Assembly: GCA_965237675.1 (NCBI GenBank)
Contig: OZ250150.1
Coordinates: forward strand, 3,264,001-3,328,000
DNA length: 64,000 nucleotides
Direction of reading: 5' to 3'
Source: Candidatus Latescibacterota bacterium
Lineage (GTDB): Bacteria > Latescibacterota > UBA2968 > GCA-2709665
The notes under the pieces were generated by a model. That model did no database searches. It was not told the DNA's origin and was given only the letters and a program-made list of their open reading frames with translations. Positions 1 through 8,567 of the stretch are shown here, piece after piece. The first letter of the stretch is position 1. Every line of letters begins with the position of its first letter. The translations under genes were made by a program, and so were the position numbers.

Positions 1-1
1 T

Positions 2-1633
2 GCAATCCCACGGAGATCTCAATTCGCTCCCCGTGGTGCTATTTACTATGGACCGCGCTCCGATCAGCTTCAGGAAATCGCTTGCGAGATCTCTTTCGAT
101 GCTGATCCATCAAGCTCCGAGCGTGATCTGTTTCAAATCCAACCTCGGCTTTTTGCCACCCAGTTGTCCTGCGTATCCAGAGACGAGGATAACGTTGATC
201 AGAAAGCAGACATCTCTATTCACCACTCCACCAAGGCCATTTCCGAGATTGAGGGAGCTGATGTTGCGAGTGAAATCGACGATCAGCTACGTGCCGGTTT
301 GGCCTATGCGGTTGAACTGGACGAGAATTTCATGACCGAGGTCAAGGAGGATTTTCGCTCGGCCAAGCCTATCGGCTGCATGCTGAGACACTTCCTTCCC
401 GAGAGAATCATATACGCCATCGATACCATTGAAGAGGATGCGAACGCCATCACCGTGGCACTCCAGGGCGATAGCCGTCGCGGCATGGGCTTACGACGCA
501 GTGTGGGAAGGGGGATTCTTCTTTCCGAAGAGATCATTGCGCTCTTGCGCGAAATCCTCGAAGGAATAATGGATTTCGACCAGGCCATCAAGGACAAGTA
601 TCGGCAGGAGTCACTGTTTGGTTCCGAGTCTGAGACACTCACATTCAGGGAATGGTATGAAGGACTACGTGACCTTCCCCGCACCGAGCGCCTGAAGGTT
701 CAGCAGGTACTGCGTGAGCGTGAGGACCTTTTTGACCGCATCCATGCAGCCATGAAGGCATCGACAGCTGAGAAGTCAGAAACCCATGACTTTGTCCAAG
801 CTAGGCCACCTCGCTTAATAACGGAAGCCACCTTGTACCTGGACAATTTCTTCGCCTCGTCTTTGAAATATCTCGGTCCATTGAGAGATACTCCCAAGCC
901 GCTGTACCCGCTCGCACCAGCCGCCGATCCACATGACGTAGGCCTGCGCGGTGAACACACGGCTTCGATTCTTGAATTGCACAAGAACAAGAAAATACGC
1001 TACATCCCATCGGAAAATTTCAGAGATCCGGGAATTAATCGGAAGACGGTAACCCGAACGCTCGAAGCAGCGGTTACCGATTGGCTCCAATATCTTGGTG
1101 TGGCCAGCTCAGTAAAAAGCCGGGACCAGGGTAAACTGGGACATGAACTGAAGGTAGGCCTGTCCAACTCGGACAGCACACACGACCTTACGCACGTGGG
1201 TGTAGGCGTCAGTCAGGTGTTACCGATCCTCCTTGTGTGCCTTCTGGCGGACACGGACTCTACACTCGTCTTTGAGCAGCCGGAGCTGCATTTGCACCCC
1301 AGGGTTCAGACCCTGCTGGGGGATTTCTTTCTTTCGATAGCGTTATGCAACAAGCAGTGCGTTGTTGAGACCCACAGCGAATACTTTATCGATCGCCTTC
1401 GTTTCCGAATTGCCGCGGCATCACCTGAGAACGAGTTGAACAGTCAGGCCAAGATCTACTTCGTGGAAAAGTCATCACGGGCTTCATCTTTCCGAGAGGT
1501 GGTGATTAACGAGTATGGGGCGATTTCAGACTGGCCGGATGGGTTCTTTGACCAGTCCCAACAGCAGGCTGAGGAAATCCTAAGAGCGGCGGCGATGAAA
1601 CGGAAAGCGGGCCGGAGAAATAAAGATGCATAG
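2..1633 (+). CDS. ABC/AAA_21-type ATPase with C-terminal DUF3696-like region (Menshen NsnB-like), 5'-partial
   Basis: Frame is open from base 2. Contains degenerate ABC signature (VGVGVSQVLP), Walker B/D-loop (LVFEQPELHLHP), H-loop (VETHSEY) and the C-terminal 'G.I.DWPDGFFDQ' typical of DUF3696 proteins. Walker A lies outside the window. Confidence 0.85.
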   Translation, partial: AIPRRSQFAPRGAIYYGPRSDQLQEIACEISFDADPSSSERDLFQIQPRLFATQLSCVSRDEDNVDQKADISIHHSTKAISEIEGADVASEIDDQLRAGLAYAVELDENFMTEVKEDFRSAKPIGCMLRHFLPERIIYAIDTIEEDANAITVALQGDSRRGMGLRRSVGRGILLSEEIIALLREILEGIMDFDQAIKDKYRQESLFGSESETLTFREWYEGLRDLPRTERLKVQQVLREREDLFDRIHAAMKASTAEKSETHDFVQARPPRLITEATLYLDNFFASSLKYLGPLRDTPKPLYPLAPAADPHDVGLRGEHTASILELHKNKKIRYIPSENFRDPGINRKTVTRTLEAAVTDWLQYLGVASSVKSRDQGKLGHELKVGLSNSDSTHDLTHVGVGVSQVLPILLVCLLADTDSTLVFEQPELHLHPRVQTLLGDFFLSIALCNKQCVVETHSEYFIDRLRFRIAAASPENELNSQAKIYFVEKSSRASSFREVVINEYGAISDWPDGFFDQSQQQAEEILRAAAMKRKAGRRNKDA

Positions 1634-2675
1634 CCTACCCAGCGTAACAATTGACGCGGGCGTGCTCGCCGTTCCCCATGTTGATTGCGCTAAGGATGAT
1701 GCATTCCAGTATGTGGAGACGTTATTGGATTGGAGCAAGTTGCTTGATGAGCCGTGGGTCGCCATTTACATGAGCGAGCGGGCTTCCGAGTCTCTTTTTG
1801 CCGATGGATTGTATCCACTGAGGGAGCAACTGAGAGAACTATTCAATGCCCACGGCATAGTGGAATTCGATGTAAATACGGTCGCTAGGATTGCCAATCA
1901 GCTTCTGGTGATCACTCCATCCTTTGAAACCTACTATCGGACCAAGGACATCTTGTCAGAGCATCTTGAAACAGATCCGGATGTTATCCGGCTTACAACT
2001 CATGACGGTCTCCAATCTGATCTTGCCCGATGTATAACGTTGATCGCTGTCCTGCGTAAACACTGCTCTCAACCTCTTGGCGGCCATTCACTCATTCTGA
2101 GAGATGCGCCCAAACAGGTGATCCAAGTAAGAGCCCAGATCCACGAGTTCGAACATACCAGAGACGATATTCCGCCCTTGCCGTCCCCGCCAGAGTACTT
2201 TGAAGGCGATGTGCTGGCCTGTGACGATTTTCGTGGGCTGATCGAATGTCTCGATGAGTCGGCAATACTATCCGGTGCGTCTGACAACCTTGGAATTGCA
2301 CTCGCCGTCCGAATTGGCCTGTTCAAGGACGCCATTGCGCAAGGCGATGCCCCTGACTGGGGAGGAGTGATTGTTCCAACCATAGGGTCCAGATTCCGGG
2401 AGTTGTGCCAGCAGGTTTGTGCTGACCAAGGGGCCTCTGTGCCGCCCAAGGTTCTCCGATCAATCGTAGAGACTATCAAAGGACGCAATCTTCCGGCGGT
2501 ACACGCTCTGCGAACAGGGCCGGGAGGGAATGATCCGCAAAGGACGAGAGGCCCCGATAAGGCAGAGCGTCGCGATATCGATAAAGAATTTCATCTTCAC
2601 TACTGGAAATGCGCCGACGGGATTGTCGAGTTGGCGTCAGTGGTTTATCACAACGATTTTACAATTCCGGGATGA
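1626..2675 (+). CDS. Hypothetical protein, putative nuclease effector paired with the ATPase (NsnC-like; possible RelE/colicin D-like C-terminal domain)
   Basis: 349-aa ORF overlapping the ATPase stop by 8 nt. C-terminus 'HALR...AERRDIDKEFHLHYW...ELASVVYHND' resembles RelE-like RNase folds. Function is inference. Confidence 0.55.
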   Translation: MHSLPSVTIDAGVLAVPHVDCAKDDAFQYVETLLDWSKLLDEPWVAIYMSERASESLFADGLYPLREQLRELFNAHGIVEFDVNTVARIANQLLVITPSFETYYRTKDILSEHLETDPDVIRLTTHDGLQSDLARCITLIAVLRKHCSQPLGGHSLILRDAPKQVIQVRAQIHEFEHTRDDIPPLPSPPEYFEGDVLACDDFRGLIECLDESAILSGASDNLGIALAVRIGLFKDAIAQGDAPDWGGVIVPTIGSRFRELCQQVCADQGASVPPKVLRSIVETIKGRNLPAVHALRTGPGGNDPQRTRGPDKAERRDIDKEFHLHYWKCADGIVELASVVYHNDFTIPG

Positions 2676-5566
2676 TGCCGATGCAGGATGTTTGGCAATA
2701 CAGCACCGTTCATAACAGCGCCTGCAAGGTCATCGAGGAACGGACCTTGTGGGGGCAGACGGTGTGCCGTGTCTGGTTGCCGAACCAGGATACGGTGGTG
2801 CGCCTGCCCCGCTCCGCCTTGCGGCCGCTGAATGTCGACTTACAGCCGGAGATCGAGACCGGACGCATTGCCTATGTGGCCGCCGCAGCCAAGGTGGCCG
2901 AGGTGCTCGAGGGTTCTACCAGCGCCACTGACGGCCATGTCCTGCTGGCCCCCATGGAGTCGAATGTTATTCCGCTGCCGCACCAGATCCACGCCTTGTC
3001 CCGGGCTATCTCCGGTGACCGCGTGCGCTATCTGCTGGCCGACGAGGTGGGTCTCGGTAAGACCATCGAGGCCGGTCTGATCATGCGCGAACTCAAGCTG
3101 CGCGGGCTGGTGCGCCGAACGCTAGTCGTCTCTCCCAAAGGTATCGCCACCCAGTGGGTAGCGGAAATGCAGACCCACTTCAACGAGCAGTTCCAGCTCG
3201 TTCTGGGCGACGACATCAGCACACTGCAACGCATGGCTCCAGGAGTGGACCACCGGAGCTCTGCCTGGTCGAAGTTCGATCAGGTCATCGTCTCGCTGGA
3301 TTCGGTCAAACCCATGGATAAGCGGCGCGGCTGGACCGCCGAGCGCGTTGCCGAATACAACCGCAGTCGGTTCGAGGATCTGATTACCGCCGGTTGGGAT
3401 CTGGTGGTGGTGGACGAAGCGCACCGTCTGGCCGGAAGCACCGATCAGGTCGCCCGCTACAAACTAGGCAAAGGGCTGGCGGAGGCCGCGCCCTATGTAC
3501 TGCTCCTTTCGGCCACGCCCCACCAGGGCAAGACCGATGCCTTCCACCGCTTGATGAACCTGCTGGATGACGACGCCTTTCCTGATATGGACAGCGTCTC
3601 CCTCGACCGGATAGCTCCGTATGTCATCCGCACCGAGAAGCGCAAGGCCATTGATGCCGACGGCAACCCGCTCTTCAAACCCCGGCGCACGCAGATGGCC
3701 CCGGTCGCCTGGGAGAGTCGTCACCACTTGCAACAGCTCCTCTATGAGGCGGTGACCGACTATGTACGGGAGGGTTACAACCAGGCCCTGCGGGAGAAGA
3801 AGCGCCACATCGGGTTTTTGATGATTCTGATGCAGCGCCTGGTGGTCTCGAGTACCTGGGCGATCCGCACCACCCTGGAACGGCGGCTCGCCGCACTCAA
3901 GGATGGTGAACAGCAAGCCAGCCTTCGCCTGGCGGAGCTTGAGAACGGCGAGGCTGGCTCGGAGAATCTCGATGAGTTGTACGACATGGATGGGCAGGAG
4001 CTGCTCGATGAGTTGCTGAAATCCCATGTGTCGGCTCTGCAGAGCGAAGGCAGCCACGTGGAGACCCTGCTGCATGCGGCGGTACGTTGCGAACATGCGG
4101 GACCGGACGCCAAGGCCGAGGCGCTGATGGAGTGGGTATTTCAACTTCAGGCCGAGGAAAACGAGCCGGATCTGATGGTTTTGATCTTCACCGAGTTCGT
4201 GCCGACCCAGGAGATGCTGAAGGAGTTTCTCGAAGCCCGGGGCATTTCGGTTGCCACCCTGAACGGCTCCATGGATATGGAGGAACGCAAGCAGGCCCAC
4301 GATGCCTTCCGCACGTCGCACCGCGTGCTGGTTTCCACGGACGCGGGCGGTGAAGGTTTGAACCTTCAGTTCGCCCACGTCATCATCAACTACGACATCC
4401 CCTGGAACCCGATGCGGCTGGAACAGCGGATCGGCCGCGTGGACCGTATCGGCCAGCCCAAGACGGTAAGGGCCATCAATTTTGTCTTTGAGGATTCGGT
4501 CGAGTTCCGGGTCCGCGAAGTGCTGGAGCAGAAGCTCTCGGTGATCTTCGACGAGTTCGGCATCGACAAGACTGGTGACGTGCTTGACTCTGCCCAGGCC
4601 GGTGAGTTGTTCGAGGATATGTTCGCCTCGGCGATCCTCAATCCCGATGGTATCGAGACCTCCGTTGACTATACGGTGGCTCGGATTCGGGATGAAATCC
4701 AACAGGTGCGAGAGTCCTCGGCCATCTACGGCATCTCAGAAGAACCCGATGTGCAAACCGCTGAACGCCTGCGCTCGCATCCACTGCCCCACTGGGTGGA
4801 ACGGATGACGGTGGGTTACCTCAATTCCCATGGCGGCGTGGCCAACCGCACGCGCTCTTGGTGGGATCTGAATTGGCCGGACGGCCAGGAACACCGCAAA
4901 TGCGTATTCAGCGCCCGAGAAGCGGATCGTCTGACCGACGCCACGCTGCTCAATCTTGAGAATAGTCGAGTACGTGGGCTCGCCCTGAACCTGCCACAGG
5001 TAGTGGCCGGTCAGCCTTTGCCTTGCGTAACCGTAAGCGGGCTGCCCGCAAGCATCTCCGGGTTCTGGGGGCTGTTCGAGATTCGTCTCCAGGCCGGGAT
5101 GCACCAGAAGACGCAACTCCTCCGCATTTCCAGTGTTCGGCGTGGCTATGTCAGTGTGTTCTTGAGCGAGGAAGGCAAACTGTTTCTGCCCACCGCCAGG
5201 CATATCTGGGATGCGTTGCAGACACCGGAATCCCAGGTGCAAGGCAATCTCGGGCAGGATGAATCCTTTGCCGCCCATGCGCGTTTACAGGAAGCGGCCG
5301 AACAGGCAGGACAGGGGCTGTTCGACGCCCTGCAGCAGGCGCACCTTGCCTCTGTGGTGCGTGAAGAGGAACGCGGAATCGTTTCCTTTGCCTCGCGCCG
5401 TAAGGCCATTGAACGGGTTGGCCTGCCGGAGGTGCGGCAATTCAGGTTGTCCCGTTGCGACGCAGACGAGTGCGAATGGCGACATGAACTGCAATCGGCG
5501 CGGCAGATCGTGCCGGACATCCGGCCGCTTCTGATGCTGCGCATTATCAAGGGACGCACTCAATGA
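2672..5566 (+). CDS. brxHII: SNF2-family helicase of BREX type III
   Basis: LADEVGLGKT (motif I), VVDEAH (II), LSATP (III), STDAGGEGLNLQ (V), QRIGRVDR (VI). Lies directly upstream of pglZ. Start reassigned to the ATG at 2672 (ATGA overlap with the upstream stop). Confidence 0.85.
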   Translation: MMPMQDVWQYSTVHNSACKVIEERTLWGQTVCRVWLPNQDTVVRLPRSALRPLNVDLQPEIETGRIAYVAAAAKVAEVLEGSTSATDGHVLLAPMESNVIPLPHQIHALSRAISGDRVRYLLADEVGLGKTIEAGLIMRELKLRGLVRRTLVVSPKGIATQWVAEMQTHFNEQFQLVLGDDISTLQRMAPGVDHRSSAWSKFDQVIVSLDSVKPMDKRRGWTAERVAEYNRSRFEDLITAGWDLVVVDEAHRLAGSTDQVARYKLGKGLAEAAPYVLLLSATPHQGKTDAFHRLMNLLDDDAFPDMDSVSLDRIAPYVIRTEKRKAIDADGNPLFKPRRTQMAPVAWESRHHLQQLLYEAVTDYVREGYNQALREKKRHIGFLMILMQRLVVSSTWAIRTTLERRLAALKDGEQQASLRLAELENGEAGSENLDELYDMDGQELLDELLKSHVSALQSEGSHVETLLHAAVRCEHAGPDAKAEALMEWVFQLQAEENEPDLMVLIFTEFVPTQEMLKEFLEARGISVATLNGSMDMEERKQAHDAFRTSHRVLVSTDAGGEGLNLQFAHVIINYDIPWNPMRLEQRIGRVDRIGQPKTVRAINFVFEDSVEFRVREVLEQKLSVIFDEFGIDKTGDVLDSAQAGELFEDMFASAILNPDGIETSVDYTVARIRDEIQQVRESSAIYGISEEPDVQTAERLRSHPLPHWVERMTVGYLNSHGGVANRTRSWWDLNWPDGQEHRKCVFSAREADRLTDATLLNLENSRVRGLALNLPQVVAGQPLPCVTVSGLPASISGFWGLFEIRLQAGMHQKTQLLRISSVRRGYVSVFLSEEGKLFLPTARHIWDALQTPESQVQGNLGQDESFAAHARLQEAAEQAGQGLFDALQQAHLASVVREEERGIVSFASRRKAIERVGLPEVRQFRLSRCDADECEWRHELQSARQIVPDIRPLLMLRIIKGRTQ

Positions 5567-7557
5567 GTAGTTGGCGAGACGCCATCCTGACCGACTTTGT
5601 ACCCAACGTCAGCAAGCTGACCTTGGTCGCGGACTCGGACAGTCTGCTGACCGAGGAAAAGCTGGCGTTGGAGCTTCGCGCGCGCGGGTTCGACCTGATC
5701 GAGTTCAATGACCCGGTCGAATTCAGATACGCCTATGAGTCCAAGTACCGCTCAATCTGGGACCTGGGCGAGCACACCGATCTGGTGGTGATCCTCCGCT
5801 TGCAGGATGCCGAGCTGATATCCTTGCCTTACGACCTACTCCAGGCAGGTCGGAAGCTTTCGTTCAATCTTGGAGATCTCTTTCCCAACCTGAGCTATCC
5901 GGTCATTGAGGAACTCGACCGGAGCCTGCTCGACGCGCTCTTTGAGGCCCAGCGCAAGTCGGCTCTGGATCGTATGGGCGACAACGCCACCAAGGATTAC
6001 ATTCTCCGCCATGTGTTCGGCATCGCCCCAGAACTGATTGCCAACGAGGTGGAGCTGCTTCGCGCTTTGCTTCGCATGCATTATGGGAAACTTCAGATCC
6101 CGCTGATGCTGGCCGAGCGGCTCATACAGGTTCTCAGAAGCCATGACGGGTTCAAGACCTGGCCGCTTTCTGAAATCGTTCCGGACGACGAGGCATTCTT
6201 CGCCTTTTTGCAGGAACGCTGGCCGCTATTTCTGTCCAGGCTTGGCGGTGCCAATCAGATACGGGAAGACTCGCGGGAATATGGCCTCAAGTATCCCGGC
6301 CCCGATCATCTGCCGTTCGACCATCAGGACATAAAGATCTACATCGACAACCTGTTCCTGGAGGGCAGACTCACGCCTGTCGAGGCCACAGATATTGAAG
6401 TGGATGCCCGGTCTTGGGTTCGATGCGGCATTGCCATGGCCGGTGTATATGACCAAGATCTTCGTGTTTCCCGCCTGTTTGGCCTTGTCGAGGAGGAGCT
6501 GCCCACACCTGAAGCGCGGTACGCTGACTGGACCTCCTTTGCGCTGAAATGGGCCGAGCTTTCTTCGCTGGTGCATTGCGGCAACAGTACCGAATATCAG
6601 ACTCGGCTCAGGGAAATCGGTGATGCCCTGAATACGATCTTTGCCGGATGGTTGGCCGACCACTATTCCAGTCTGATCAACCTGCCGCCGACACATCCGG
6701 CTATGGTGCACCATGTACTGCGTCGCCTCGCTCGGGACATTGACGACTCCGGTAGCAGCCGTGCCGCGCTGATCGTGGTCGATGGCCTTGCTCTGGACCA
6801 GTGGGTGACCATCCGCCAGCTTTTGCAACAGCAGGATGTCAATCTGGTCATGCGCGAATCCGCGACGTTCGCCTGGATTCCGACGCTGACCTCGGTATCG
6901 AGACAATCGATCTTCTCGGGCAAGCCACCGCTCTATTTCCCGTCAACCATCAACTCGACCAATAGCGAAGAGAAACTTTGGAAGCAGTTTTGGGAAGGCC
7001 ATGGCTTGTCGCGGCTGGATGTCGCTTACCAGCGAGGCCTCGGTGACGGCGATGCATCCAGCGTACTCGACTCCGTAATTCATCCCGACAAGACCAAGGT
7101 GGTGGGGCTGGTCGTGGACAAGGTCGACAAGATAATGCACGGCATGCAACTCGGCTCGGCCGGGATGCACAACCAGATCAAGCAGTGGTGCCGGAGTGGG
7201 TTCCTTGCTGCGCTGGTCGGCCAACTGCTGGATTACAGGTATGAGGTCTGGCTGACGGCCGATCATGGCAACATTCAATGCGACGGCAAAGGTCGCCCAT
7301 CTGAGGGTGTGATTGCCGAGATACGCGGCGAGCGGGTTCGTGTGTACCCCACGACGGAACTCCGGTCCCAGGTCGCTGGGTCCTTCCCGTTTGCCCACGA
7401 GTGGCAGCCGGTCGGGTTGCCAGCGGACTATTTCCCCCTGGTGGCCAGTGGCCGCGACGCATTCGTAAATCCTGGAGAGGCCATCGTAGGTCACGGCGGT
7501 GTAGCCATCGAAGAAGTCATCGTGCCCCTTGTGAAGTTTGAAAGGACGACACGGTGA
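5563..7557 (+). CDS. pglZ: BREX-3 PglZ alkaline-phosphatase-superfamily protein
   Basis: IVVDGL, PTLTSVSRQSIFSG, TADHGN and HGG...EEVIVP are PglZ-domain motifs; 4-nt overlap with brxHII. Confidence 0.92.
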   Translation: MSSWRDAILTDFVPNVSKLTLVADSDSLLTEEKLALELRARGFDLIEFNDPVEFRYAYESKYRSIWDLGEHTDLVVILRLQDAELISLPYDLLQAGRKLSFNLGDLFPNLSYPVIEELDRSLLDALFEAQRKSALDRMGDNATKDYILRHVFGIAPELIANEVELLRALLRMHYGKLQIPLMLAERLIQVLRSHDGFKTWPLSEIVPDDEAFFAFLQERWPLFLSRLGGANQIREDSREYGLKYPGPDHLPFDHQDIKIYIDNLFLEGRLTPVEATDIEVDARSWVRCGIAMAGVYDQDLRVSRLFGLVEEELPTPEARYADWTSFALKWAELSSLVHCGNSTEYQTRLREIGDALNTIFAGWLADHYSSLINLPPTHPAMVHHVLRRLARDIDDSGSSRAALIVVDGLALDQWVTIRQLLQQQDVNLVMRESATFAWIPTLTSVSRQSIFSGKPPLYFPSTINSTNSEEKLWKQFWEGHGLSRLDVAYQRGLGDGDASSVLDSVIHPDKTKVVGLVVDKVDKIMHGMQLGSAGMHNQIKQWCRSGFLAALVGQLLDYRYEVWLTADHGNIQCDGKGRPSEGVIAEIRGERVRVYPTTELRSQVAGSFPFAHEWQPVGLPADYFPLVASGRDAFVNPGEAIVGHGGVAIEEVIVPLVKFERTTR

Positions 7558-8312
7558 TGGGCAAAAGACACGAAGCTATCGGCATCAAGCAGGCGATCCG
7601 TTTTGAGTGGGTGCAGAAAGCAGCTAATCTGCTGCTGGCTGGACTTGACGCAAAAACCATCCGCCAGGAGCTACATGAGTTTCTCGCTGACAGAAAAGGC
7701 AATGGCGCCGAGGGTGAACGAAGCGACCAGACTCGAACCTTTGTCGTCAACAATCTGATGAAGATCTGGGTGTCTCCAGACCCAGAGTTGATTCCCTTCC
7801 GGGAGGCCTCACTGGCGTTTTTGCGGGAGCACCCGTCGATGGCCCGGGCCGTTCACTGGGGAATGATCTCGGCGGTCTATCCGTTCTGGTTCAATGTGGC
7901 CCGGCAAACTGGCCGTTTGTTGGCCTTGCAGGATCAGGTGACCCAGACGCAGATCATCAACCGCCTTAAGGAACAGTATGGCGACCGGCAGACCGTGAGC
8001 CGCTATGCACGGTACGTTGTCCGCTCCTTTGTTGCTTGCGGAGCCCTGAAGGATTCGAAGGCCAAGGGTTGCTATGAGAAAGCCGCTCCGTTACGCATTG
8101 CCGATGCAAACCTGGCGATCCTGATGTTCGAGTCCGCACTCTTGGCCACTCCGGAGGCCAGAGGAGCATTGGGGCTGCTCCTGAAGAATCCGGCATTCTT
8201 CCCATTCCAGCTTCCTGTAATGACTGGCGACTTTGTATCCCAACGTAGCGACCGGATCGACGTGGTTCGCTATGGGCTGGACGACGAGCTGTTGAAGTTG
8301 AAGGGCAACTAA
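7554..8312 (+). CDS. brxA: BrxA-like protein (terminal gene of BREX type III)
   Basis: 252 aa after pglZ, matching the known type III order brxHII-pglZ-brxA; 'HWGMISAVYPFW...RLKEQYGDR' resembles type III BrxA. Call relies partly on synteny. Confidence 0.7.
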   Translation: MMGKRHEAIGIKQAIRFEWVQKAANLLLAGLDAKTIRQELHEFLADRKGNGAEGERSDQTRTFVVNNLMKIWVSPDPELIPFREASLAFLREHPSMARAVHWGMISAVYPFWFNVARQTGRLLALQDQVTQTQIINRLKEQYGDRQTVSRYARYVVRSFVACGALKDSKAKGCYEKAAPLRIADANLAILMFESALLATPEARGALGLLLKNPAFFPFQLPVMTGDFVSQRSDRIDVVRYGLDDELLKLKGN

Positions 8313-8332
8313 GGGGGACAGAATGGCTCTAA

Positions 8333-8367
8333 TGAAAACAGAAACTAGTTTTGTTTCAATGAGTTAC
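8333..8367. other. Imperfect inverted repeat at the probable island boundary
   Basis: TGAAAACA-G-AAACTAGTTT-TGTTTCA, with a perfect AAACTAGTTT core at 8342-8351, overlapping TTTCAATGAGTTAC. AT-rich patch between brxA and a truncated gene. Confidence 0.45.
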
Positions 8368-8566
8368 AGGTGTTCAGCGTAATCCTTCACGTGCTGCATC
8401 CAGTCGGAACGGCCGGAGATCAGCACGGCCGCAATAGCCGCCAGTGCGCCAGGTATGGCCGCGCCGTATTCGGTCTGCCGCGGATGCCCCATCCCACCGA
8501 TAGAGACAGGCCGCAAAGGGCCACGAGTTGCCATGTAATGCCCGTTGTTGCCAGTTGCAGGTCCAT
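8364..8566 (-). pseudogene. Frameshifted, truncated N-terminal fragment of a conserved hypothetical membrane protein
   Basis: ATG 2 nt after the hyuA stop gives MDLQLATTGITWQLVALCGLSLSVGWGIRG. After a frameshift near 8472-8476 it reads EYGAAIPGALAAIAAVLISGRSDWMQHV and stops soon after. Resembles the remembered 'GWGIRGxxGHEYGAxxPGAL' membrane family. Confidence 0.6.
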
Positions 8567-8567
8567 A

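Noticed and set aside
2609-2671. ORF-track N-terminal extension of the helicase
   Set aside because: It overlaps the upstream gene by 67 nt; the ATGA-coupled start at 2672 is more plausible.
3464-4702. 412-aa antisense ORF (also 9162-10553, 11123-12214, 19451-20455, 20903-22063, 24476-25543, 34296-35363, 36721-37671, 50147-51454 and similar)
   Set aside because: These are shadow ORFs opposite well-supported genes, expected with GC-rich codon bias, and show no recognisable motifs.
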